Source of the DNA: Prochlorococcus marinus str. NATL2A
GTDB lineage: Bacteria; Cyanobacteriota; Cyanobacteriia; PCC-6307; Cyanobiaceae
Direction of reading: 5' to 3'
DNA length: 32,000 bases
Assembly: GCF_000012465.1 (NCBI RefSeq)
Contig: NC_007335.2
Coordinates: 780,001 to 812,000 of the forward strand
Shown: in pieces, positions 24,412-32,000 of the stretch
How positions within the stretch are numbered: the stretch's first letter is position 1
How the letters are laid out: each line of letters opens with the position of its first letter
Made by a program: the position numbers and the translations under genes
The notes under the pieces: generated by a model
What the model saw: the letters and a program-made list of their open reading frames with translations, nothing else
Databases searched by the model: none
Told to the model about the DNA's origin: nothing

Positions 24412-25662
24412 ATGAGTTATCGCTTCAATAAAGACACAAGGAATTCAAAAAACTCTTCATCTAATAAACGAAGTAGTAATTATTCTCGTCAAGATAATGA
24501 CTCCAAAAAGTCAAACTTTAATGATAGAAGAAGAACCAATAACAAAATAAATCGTCATTCTTCTGATCAAGTAAATCAATATTCATTAGGTAAAGAATTT
24601 TCTGATCGATCAAGAAGTAGTAACGAGGCTAATTCCAACTACAGAGGATCTAATCGATTCGAGAGGAAATCGACCAACTCTTCGTATAGAAATCAAGACT
24701 CTCAGGAAACAAACAATTACAGAGGATCTAATCGATTCGAGAGGAAATCGACCAACCCTGCGTACAGAAATAAAAATTCTCAGGGAGCTAGCAGTTATAA
24801 AAGAGAAGAAAATAATGAACCTCTTTCATATTCTGAAAGCTTTAGCAAAACATTAAGTGATGATCTGATTTGGGGCCGCCATTCAACTGAGGCAGCCCTT
24901 GTTGGCGGCAGGGCAATTCACAGGATTTGGTGTACCTCCGAATTACGCAGTACACCAAAGTTTTTTCAACTTCTCAAAGATCAAAAAGCTTCTGGGGTCT
25001 TAGTTGAAGAAGTTTCATGGTCAAGGCTTGGCCAGCTCACAAATGGTGCAGTCCATCAAGGAATAGTTTTACAAATTGCCGCATCAAAAACACTTGACTT
25101 GAAGAATTTAATAGATGCTTGCAAAGCTTTTGGTGATTCATCATTGCTCTTAGCTTTAGATGGCTTAACTGATCCTCAGAATCTTGGGGCAATAATTCGA
25201 TCTGCCGAAGCCCTCGGTGCTCAAGGATTAATCCTTCCACAAAGACGAAGTGCAGGATTAACAGGATCCGTAGCAAAAGTTGCCGCTGGAGCTCTGGAAC
25301 ATTTGCCTGTAGCAAGAGTTGTTAATTTAAATAGGTCTTTGGAGAAATTGAAAGATGAAGGTTATACCGTTGTTGGCCTCGCTGAGGAGGGATCATCTAC
25401 TTTATCTGAAATCAAATTTCAAGGTCCTTTAGTAGTAGTAGTTGGCTCTGAAGATAAAGGAATTTCTCTAATAACTAGAAGATTATGTGATCAGTTAGTA
25501 AGAATTCCTCTCAAGGGAGTCACTACAAGCCTAAATGCATCAGTTGCTACGTCTATTTTCTTATATGAAGTTGCTAGATCCAAATGGATGCGCTCAATCT
25601 CTGGACAAGACCCTTCTCCTAGATTATTGAAACCTCAGATTTCATCTGAAAAGATTAACTAA
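24412..25662 (+). CDS. rlmB: SpoU/TrmH-family 23S rRNA 2'-O-methyltransferase (RlmB-like) with a low-complexity N-terminal extension of about 140 aa
   Basis: SpoU motifs 'LLLALDGLTDPQNLGAIIRSAEALGA', 'VVVVGSEDKGIS' and 'RIPLKGVTTSLNASVATSIFLYE'. A substrate-binding region ('IWGRHSTEAAL') precedes them. The N-terminus is Ser/Asn/Arg-rich. Confidence 0.9.
   Translation: MSYRFNKDTRNSKNSSSNKRSSNYSRQDNDSKKSNFNDRRRTNNKINRHSSDQVNQYSLGKEFSDRSRSSNEANSNYRGSNRFERKSTNSSYRNQDSQETNNYRGSNRFERKSTNPAYRNKNSQGASSYKREENNEPLSYSESFSKTLSDDLIWGRHSTEAALVGGRAIHRIWCTSELRSTPKFFQLLKDQKASGVLVEEVSWSRLGQLTNGAVHQGIVLQIAASKTLDLKNLIDACKAFGDSSLLLALDGLTDPQNLGAIIRSAEALGAQGLILPQRRSAGLTGSVAKVAAGALEHLPVARVVNLNRSLEKLKDEGYTVVGLAEEGSSTLSEIKFQGPLVVVVGSEDKGISLITRRLCDQLVRIPLKGVTTSLNASVATSIFLYEVARSKWMRSISGQDPSPRLLKPQISSEKIN
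24636..24791 (+). repeat. Two-copy, 78-bp in-frame tandem duplication inside the methyltransferase N-terminal extension
   Basis: Copy 1 starts at 24636 and copy 2 at 24714. A 39-nt perfect core, 'tacagaggatctaatcgattcgagaggaaatcgaccaac', occurs at 24640-24678 and 24718-24756. It encodes NYRGSNRFERKSTN twice. Confidence 0.9.
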
Positions 25663-25888
25663 TCTCTTTAATTTAACCTTTAAAAGATGCGTATATTTTT
25701 TATAGTTTTTTTAGAATTTTAAAAACTTCATAATTAAATTATACTATTAATTACTTCAGGCACAGCTTTTTATACTCAACTTTTCATGACTTCAAATATA
25801 TGTTTCATCATCAAGTGAACATAATATTCCTTTTTTATTTGATAAACATCTCGTTAAGAAAGTATAATAAATTAAATGCAGTTTACTT

Positions 25889-26119
25889 ATGGGTCCCATT
25901 AGGGCTCTTCGAAGCTTAGGTAATAGTTTTGGCTTGGCCTGGTGGGCCAAGGTTGAGACAATTCAACCTGAGGTGACTTATTGGTTTGGTCCTTTTCTCA
26001 CTCGCCGTAGCTTGAAAGTCAGATTAAATGGTTTTATAGATGATCTTTCTGCAGAGTCACCCAAGAAAATTAATCATAGTTTAATTAGGTGTCGCCGTAA
26101 TGAGCCTTTAACGTCATAA
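25889..26119 (+). CDS. DUF1816-like cyanobacterial conserved protein, 76 aa
   Basis: 'WWAKVETIQPEVTYWFGPFLTRRSL' matches the remembered DUF1816 pattern. Confidence 0.6.
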   Translation: MGPIRALRSLGNSFGLAWWAKVETIQPEVTYWFGPFLTRRSLKVRLNGFIDDLSAESPKKINHSLIRCRRNEPLTS

Positions 26120-26149
26120 GCTTAAAAATATTTTTTTTATAATCTAATA

Positions 26150-27610
26150 ATGACTTTTGAAGACTTACGCCAGAAATTAAAAAGTGGTGAGGTTTCTTCC
26201 AAAGAACTTGTTCAAGAAAAAATAAACCGAATAAATGAATTAGATCCAACTCTGAATTCCTTTTTAATTGTTAATACTGAGCTAGCTCTAAGCAAAGCAG
26301 AGCATATCGATAAACAAATCGCTTCTGGCGATCATTTACCGCCTTTGTCAGGGATACCCATTGCTATAAAAGACAATCTTTGTACAAAAGGAATTAAGAC
26401 AACTTGCGCAAGCAAGATTTTGGACAACTTTGTCCCCCCATACGAGTCAACAGTTACAAAAAAGCTTTTGAACGCAGGAGCAATAATGATTGGCAAGACA
26501 AATATGGATGAATTTGCTATGGGGAGCTCTACAGAAACCTCTGCATTTGGTCCTACTTTGAATCCATGGAACATTACAAAAGTTCCAGGAGGCAGCTCTG
26601 GTGGTAGCGCAGCTTCTGTTGCTGCCGGATTATGTTATGGATCTCTGGGTTCTGATACTGGCGGGTCAATCCGACAACCTGCTTCTTTTTGTGGCGTTGT
26701 TGGCATGAAGCCAACTTATGGTCGAGTAAGTCGATGGGGGTTAATAGCTTTTGCTAGTTCTTTAGATCAGGTTGGTCCATTTGCGAATAATGTTTCTGAT
26801 GCAGCTGAGATTTTGCAAGTTATATCTGGCAAGGATGAATTGGATTCAACTACTGTTGATATTCCCGTTCCCAATTATTTAGAGACTCTTTCTAAGTCAA
26901 TTAAGGGAATGAAAATAGGTTTAATTGATAACTGCTTTGATCATGAAGGTTTAGCCACTGATGTTAAAGAATCTGTTCTTAGCTCTGCCTCGCTGCTAGA
27001 AAACTTAGGCGCAGAAATTGTTAATATTTCTTGTCCTCGTTTCAATGATGGAATTGCTACTTATTACGTTATTGCCCCATCTGAAGCTTCAGCGAATTTA
27101 GCTAGATATGACGGAGTCAAATATGGATTCCGCGCTGAAGATGAACAATCTCTTATAGAGATGACCTCCAAAAGTCGAGCACTTGGTTTTGGAAGTGAAG
27201 TTAAAAGAAGAATTCTTATTGGAACTTATGCTCTATCCGCTGGTTATGTTGATGCTTACTACAAAAAAGCCCAGCAAGTTCGAACTTTGATACGTAGAGA
27301 TTTTGATGATGCTTTTAAAAAAGTAGATGTTTTGTTAGCGCCAACAGCACCTACTACTGCTTTTGGTTCTGGAGATAATATTGATAATCCAATGGCGATG
27401 TATCTATCGGATCTATTAACTATTCCAGCAAATTTGGCTGGATTGCCTGCAATCAGCCTGCCGTGTGGTTTTGATAAATACGGTTTGCCTATAGGGTTGC
27501 AGCTAATAGGAAATGTTTTTGAAGAAGGGAAGCTTTTTCAAGTAGCTAATCAATTTGAGAAAGCTGCTGAGGTTTATAAGAATAGGCCTAAAACAGATTT
27601 CACGTTATAA
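26150..27610 (+). CDS. gatA: Glutamyl-tRNA(Gln) amidotransferase subunit A
   Basis: Amidase signature '[14 protein letters not shown]', then '[21 protein letters not shown]' and '[16 protein letters not shown]'. Confidence 0.95.
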   Translation: MTFEDLRQKLKSGEVSSKELVQEKINRINELDPTLNSFLIVNTELALSKAEHIDKQIASGDHLPPLSGIPIAIKDNLCTKGIKTTCASKILDNFVPPYESTVTKKLLNAGAIMIGKTNMDEFAMGSSTETSAFGPTLNPWNITKVPGGSSGGSAASVAAGLCYGSLGSDTGGSIRQPASFCGVVGMKPTYGRVSRWGLIAFASSLDQVGPFANNVSDAAEILQVISGKDELDSTTVDIPVPNYLETLSKSIKGMKIGLIDNCFDHEGLATDVKESVLSSASLLENLGAEIVNISCPRFNDGIATYYVIAPSEASANLARYDGVKYGFRAEDEQSLIEMTSKSRALGFGSEVKRRILIGTYALSAGYVDAYYKKAQQVRTLIRRDFDDAFKKVDVLLAPTAPTTAFGSGDNIDNPMAMYLSDLLTIPANLAGLPAISLPCGFDKYGLPIGLQLIGNVFEEGKLFQVANQFEKAAEVYKNRPKTDFTL

Positions 27611-27681
27611 AGTTTGAACCACTTCATGTGGAGAATATAATTATCGCTACACTATATGCAGTGTAGTTCCGTGGAATATTA

Positions 27682-30600
27682 ATGGCTTTTGTTCCCATTC
27701 ATAATCATAGTGACTACAGCCTTCTTGATGGAGCAAGTCAGCTCCCTTTAATGGTTCAAAGGGCAAAGGAATTGGGGATGCCAGCTCTAGCTCTTACTGA
27801 TCATGGAGTAATGTATGGAGCGATTGAATTATTGAAGTTATGTAAGGCTGCGAATATAAAGCCAATTATTGGGAATGAGATGTATGTTATCAATGGTTCA
27901 ATTGATGACCCTCAGCCCAAAAAAGAAAAAAGATATCATCTTGTTGTTGTAGCGAAAAACCAGATTGGTTATGAAAATTTAGTAAAGTTAACTACGCTTA
28001 GTCATTTAAACGGTGTTAGGGGAAGAGGTATATTTTCAAGACCATGTATAGATAAGTATTTATTTAAAAAATATAGCGAGGGGTTGATATGTTCAACAGC
28101 TTGCTTAGGTGGTGAAATTCCACAAGCGATTTTAAAAGGAAGAAATGACGTTGCTAGAGAAGTAGCAGCTTGGTATAAAGAAGTTTTGGGTGATGATTTT
28201 TATCTTGAAATTCAAGACCATGGATCAATTGAGGATAGAATTGTTAATAGTGAAATAGTCAAAATATCCGAAGAACTTGATATTAAAATTATTGCTACCA
28301 ATGATGCACATTATTTATCAAAGAATGATATTGAAGCACATGATGCATTGATTTGTGTTTTGACTGGAAAGTTAATAAGTGATCACAAAAGATTGAGATA
28401 TACAGGGACTGAATATATTAAATCTGAGGATGAAATGAGAAGTTTATTTACTGATCATTTAGACAAAAATGTCATAAATAGTGCAATAGAAAATACAGTT
28501 AAACTATCAAACAAAGTTGAAGAATATAAGATATTAGGCACTTATAAGATGCCAAATTTTCCTATACCTGATGGTTATCAACCAATTGAATATCTTAAAG
28601 AGATAACTATCAAAGGTTTACTAGAAATTTTAGATATTTCTAAATTTGAAAATCTTCCAATCACATATAAAGAAAGACTTGATTATGAGTTAAAAGTAAT
28701 AGAACAAATGGGCTTTCCTACATATTTCCTTGTTGTATGGGATTATATAAGATTTGCAAGAGAGCAAAATATTCCTGTAGGCCCTGGTAGAGGTTCAGCA
28801 GCTGGCTCTTTAGTCGCTTTTTCTCTTCATATAACTAATATTGACCCAGTAGAAAATGGTTTGTTATTTGAAAGATTTCTCAATCCTGAGAGAAAGTCAA
28901 TGCCTGATATTGATACTGATTTTTGTATTGAAAGACGTGGCGAAGTTATAGACTATGTAACTAAAAAGTATGGTGAAGATAAAGTTGCACAGATAATTAC
29001 ATTTAACAGAATGACATCTAAGGCTGTTTTGAAAGATGTTGCTCGTGTACTTGATATTCCCTATGGAGATGCAGACCGCTTAGCGAAATTAATTCCAGTT
29101 GTGAGGGGAAAGCCTGCAAAATTGGCAGCTATGATTTCAAAAGAATCGCCAAATAAAGATTTCTATGAAAAATACAATAATGATTCAAAAGTAAAGAAAT
29201 GGGTTGATATGGCAATGAGGATAGAAGGGACAAATAAGACTTTTGGTGTTCATGCAGCAGGTGTAGTTATTGCTGCTAATTCACTTGACAATTTAGTTCC
29301 TCTTCAAAGAAACAATGATGGACAAATAATTACTCAATATTTTATGGAAGATATTGAATCACTTGGTCTTTTGAAGATGGACTTTTTAGGACTTAGAAAT
29401 CTTACAATGATCGAAAAGACAATTGATTTAGTTGAGAAATCAATTGGTAAGAGATTAGATCCTGATTCTTTGCCTTTCACTGATGAAAAAACATTCGAAC
29501 TTCTTTCTAGGGGTGATTTAGAAGGAATTTTCCAACTTGAATCTAGTGGAATGAGACAAATAGTAAAAGATCTAAAGCCTTCATCTCTTGAGGATATTTC
29601 TTCAATTCTTGCTCTTTATCGTCCAGGCCCTCTTGATGCAGGATTGATTCCTAAATTTATAAATAGAAAACATGGGAAGGAGAGTATTGATTTTCAACAT
29701 CAATCACTTGAGCCAATTTTAAGTGAGACTTATGGAATCATGGTTTATCAAGAGCAGATCATGAAGATTGCACAGGATTTAGCAGGATATTCGCTTGGGC
29801 AAGCAGATTTATTGAGAAGGGCAATGGGTAAGAAAAAAGTATCCGAGATGCAGCGCCATAGAGCGATCTTTGTTGATGGAGCTGTTAAAAATGGTGTCAC
29901 AAATGTCATCGCTGAACAGTTATTCGATCAAATGGTTTTATTTGCTGAATACTGCTTTAACAAAAGTCATTCAACTGCTTATGGAGCGGTTACTTATCAG
30001 ACTGCTTATTTAAAAGCACATTATCCTGTCGCTTATATGGCGGCATTGCTTACCGTTAATGCTGGATCGGCTGACAAGATTCAAAGATATATTTCTAACT
30101 GTAATTCAATGGGCATAAACGTAATGCCTCCAAATATCAATACCTCTGGTGTTGATTTCACTCCAAAAGATAATTCAATTCTTTTTGGTTTTTCGGCTGT
30201 CAAAAATTTAGGTGATGGTGCAATTAGAAAAATTATCACCTCTAGAGATGAAGATGGCCAATTTACTTCTTTAGCACAATTCTGTGATCGAATTTCACTT
30301 GGTTCCGTTAACCGAAGAGGACTTGAGGCGTTGATACATAGTGGAGCGCTTGATTGTCTTGAAAAAAATGCAAATCGCGCTCAGCTTATTGCTGATTTGG
30401 ATTTAACTATTGAATGGGCTTCTTCTAGAGCAAAAGATAGAACGAGCGGTCAAGGTAATCTCTTCGATTTATCTAATTCCACAAATAATGAATCATCACC
30501 GACTGATGATTATTCATCAGCTCCAAAGGCGAAAGAAGTCCAAGAGTATCTTCCTTCAGACAAACTTAAATTAGAAAAAGAGCATGTTGGATTCTATCTA

Positions 30601-31200
30601 TCTGATCATCCTTTGAAGCAACTTTCAGAACCAGCAAAATTGATTGCTCCTATTAGCCTTAGTTCTTTAGAAGATCAAAAAGATAAGTCAAAGGTTAGTG
30701 TTATTGCAATGATTCCAGAAATGAGAGAAGTCACAACTAGAAAAGGTGACAGGATGGCAATTATTCAACTAGAGGATTTAACTGGTTCTTGTGAAGCTGT
30801 TGTTTTCCCAAAAAGCTATGAACGATTATCAGATCATTTGATGGTTGAAACGAGGTTATTGATATGGGGCAGCGTAGACAGGAGAGATGAAACTGTTCAA
30901 TTGCTTATTGATGATTGTCGTGAAATTGATGACTTAAGATTTCTCTTGATTGATCTTCGTCCTGATCAAGCTACAGATATCAATATTCAGCATAAATTAA
31001 GAGAATGCCTTTCTAAAAACAGACCTAACAGAAATGAATTAGGTGTACGTATCCCAGTAGTAGCATGTCTAAAGGACAACACTAATACTAGGTATGTAAG
31101 GTTGGGCGATCAATTTTGCGTTAAGGATGCTGACCTGGCTTTGGAGGCACTATCTAAGGATTCATTTATTGCAAGATCAAGTAAAAGCCTTGTAATTTAA
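27682..31200 (+). CDS. dnaE: DNA polymerase III alpha subunit (contiguous, 1172 aa)
   Basis: PHP domain '[17 protein letters not shown]', '[16 protein letters not shown]', catalytic 'MPDIDTDF' and 'YRPGPL'. An OB-fold region lies near the C-terminus. Confidence 0.96.
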   Translation: MAFVPIHNHSDYSLLDGASQLPLMVQRAKELGMPALALTDHGVMYGAIELLKLCKAANIKPIIGNEMYVINGSIDDPQPKKEKRYHLVVVAKNQIGYENLVKLTTLSHLNGVRGRGIFSRPCIDKYLFKKYSEGLICSTACLGGEIPQAILKGRNDVAREVAAWYKEVLGDDFYLEIQDHGSIEDRIVNSEIVKISEELDIKIIATNDAHYLSKNDIEAHDALICVLTGKLISDHKRLRYTGTEYIKSEDEMRSLFTDHLDKNVINSAIENTVKLSNKVEEYKILGTYKMPNFPIPDGYQPIEYLKEITIKGLLEILDISKFENLPITYKERLDYELKVIEQMGFPTYFLVVWDYIRFAREQNIPVGPGRGSAAGSLVAFSLHITNIDPVENGLLFERFLNPERKSMPDIDTDFCIERRGEVIDYVTKKYGEDKVAQIITFNRMTSKAVLKDVARVLDIPYGDADRLAKLIPVVRGKPAKLAAMISKESPNKDFYEKYNNDSKVKKWVDMAMRIEGTNKTFGVHAAGVVIAANSLDNLVPLQRNNDGQIITQYFMEDIESLGLLKMDFLGLRNLTMIEKTIDLVEKSIGKRLDPDSLPFTDEKTFELLSRGDLEGIFQLESSGMRQIVKDLKPSSLEDISSILALYRPGPLDAGLIPKFINRKHGKESIDFQHQSLEPILSETYGIMVYQEQIMKIAQDLAGYSLGQADLLRRAMGKKKVSEMQRHRAIFVDGAVKNGVTNVIAEQLFDQMVLFAEYCFNKSHSTAYGAVTYQTAYLKAHYPVAYMAALLTVNAGSADKIQRYISNCNSMGINVMPPNINTSGVDFTPKDNSILFGFSAVKNLGDGAIRKIITSRDEDGQFTSLAQFCDRISLGSVNRRGLEALIHSGALDCLEKNANRAQLIADLDLTIEWASSRAKDRTSGQGNLFDLSNSTNNESSPTDDYSSAPKAKEVQEYLPSDKLKLEKEHVGFYLSDHPLKQLSEPAKLIAPISLSSLEDQKDKSKVSVIAMIPEMREVTTRKGDRMAIIQLEDLTGSCEAVVFPKSYERLSDHLMVETRLLIWGSVDRRDETVQLLIDDCREIDDLRFLLIDLRPDQATDINIQHKLRECLSKNRPNRNELGVRIPVVACLKDNTNTRYVRLGDQFCVKDADLALEALSKDSFIARSSKSLVI

Positions 31201-31208
31201 ACTTATTT

Positions 31209-31649
31209 TCAACTTGAAATATCTTTTTGACTTGTTTTGAATGCATCTTTCATCCTATTGATGTTTGGCTTTATGTTTTCAAAACCAAGAAAACTTCCAG
31301 TATTTAAATCCCAACTAGCTGAGAGTATTCCATAACTTAATCCTAATAAACCTATAAGGAAACAAAGCGCTGAACTTACAAGAGTGACTGTTGGAGATAT
31401 TTCAGCAATACCTTTGCTTATTAAAAAATAACTTCCAATAAATACTCCCATGCCACTTAGGGTTGGAATGCCTGTCGTAAAAGCTATTCTTCTTGCCATT
31501 CTATTTGCAACATAGCTTGGTATTCCTGATTTCTTGCTACTACTTTTTGAAGATTTCTTTGAAACTATTTTTGGAGTCGAGTTATTGCTGGATAATCCTA
31601 TTTTTACTTCTTTAGGTTGGTCCTTTTTGTTTTTCTTTGAACCTTTCAT
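31209..31649 (-). CDS. PAM68-like (DUF3464) photosystem II assembly factor homologue
   Basis: Basic, Ser/Lys-rich N-terminus, then 'RMARRIAFTTGIPTLSGMGVFIGSYF' and a second TM helix 'LIGLLGLSYGILSASWD', as in PAM68/Sll0933-type proteins. Confidence 0.7.
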   Translation of the reverse strand: MKGSKKNKKDQPKEVKIGLSSNNSTPKIVSKKSSKSSSKKSGIPSYVANRMARRIAFTTGIPTLSGMGVFIGSYFLISKGIAEISPTVTLVSSALCFLIGLLGLSYGILSASWDLNTGSFLGFENIKPNINRMKDAFKTSQKDISS

Positions 31650-31676
31650 TAGCTTCTAGCAATCTAGTACCAGCCA

Positions 31677-31946
31677 TTATCCTCTAATAGCTAATTTTTC
31701 AATGAGCTCTGTATATCTTTTTTCACTTTTAGAACGTACATAACCTAAAAGTCTTTTTCTCTGCCCAATCATTTTGAGCAATCCTTGTCTTGAGGAGAAA
31801 TCATGGATATTGCCTTGAAGATGTGTGCTTAATTTTGAGATCCTTGTGGTAAGCATCGCAACTTGAACTTCTGCTGAGCCAGTATCAGTTGGATGTACTT
31901 GATGTGTGTTGATTAGATTTTGTTTCTCTTCTGTGCCAAGTGACAT
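31677..31946 (-). CDS. rpsO: 30S ribosomal protein S15
   Basis: 89 aa. '[23 protein letters not shown]' and '[27 protein letters not shown]' are the canonical S15 pattern. Confidence 0.95.
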   Translation of the reverse strand: MSLGTEEKQNLINTHQVHPTDTGSAEVQVAMLTTRISKLSTHLQGNIHDFSSRQGLLKMIGQRKRLLGYVRSKSEKRYTELIEKLAIRG

Positions 31947-32000
31947 TTGTTTAGCTTTTCTTATTGAGGAATTCTAATTTAATCCCTAGCCTTCTATCAA

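Noticed and set aside
23991-25315. Minus-strand ORFs 23991..24188, 24175..24387 and 25037..25315
   Set aside because: They are antisense to the Mini-III and methyltransferase genes, both of which carry signature motifs.
26332-26574. 80-aa minus-strand ORF antisense to gatA
   Set aside because: It is a shadow ORF.
27647-27666. 7-bp stem hairpin (ctacact-N6-agtgtag) between gatA and dnaE, considered as a terminator
   Set aside because: The stem is short and AT-containing, and no U-tract follows. It is not convincing as an intrinsic terminator.
27682-31200. Possibility of a split or intein-containing dnaE, as in many other cyanobacteria
   Set aside because: The ORF is one continuous 1172-aa frame. 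The PHP, palm (MPDIDTDF), fingers and OB regions appear in order, with no insertion at the usual split site.
1-32000. CRISPR arrays, transposases, integrases, prophage or recognisable defence-system genes
   Set aside because: No spaced direct-repeat array and no such protein signatures appear in any frame of the ORF track.

Overview
The window is AT-rich (roughly 30% GC by eye), gene-dense and has no rRNA, CRISPR array, transposase or integrase. The gene content points to a marine picocyanobacterium, most likely a high-light-adapted Prochlorococcus. Supporting genes are a PAM68-like protein, DUF1816, DUF3288, a glucosyl-3-phosphoglycerate synthase, and the run trpD-carA ... gatA-dnaE / rpsO. 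That organism assignment is an inference, not a database hit. Most of the window is ordinary core genome: trpD, carA, a STAS protein, Mini-RNase III, a SpoU/RlmB-type methyltransferase, gatA, an unsplit dnaE, rpsO, uppP, msrA, two ABC systems and one tRNA-Pro(GGG). I do not see a convincing new defence or mobile system. Five places deserve a second look. (1) A compact glucosylglycerate locus at 10.3-15.1 kb: gpgS is divergent from a translationally coupled operon of a GH13_18 phosphorylase, gpgP and a plant-type glycerate kinase. (2) An NRAMP-fold transporter whose canonical DPGN/MPH metal-site residues are replaced. (3) A STAS gene whose conserved N-terminus lies upstream of the first canonical start, behind an in-frame TAG. 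(4) A small, extra AT-rich stretch of orphan genes at 6.5-9.5 kb that includes a minimal Gpt-like phosphoribosyltransferase. (5) A perfect-core 78-bp tandem duplication in the low-complexity N-terminal extension of the rRNA methyltransferase. All function calls rest on motifs I can read in the translations plus remembered family knowledge. No searches were run.
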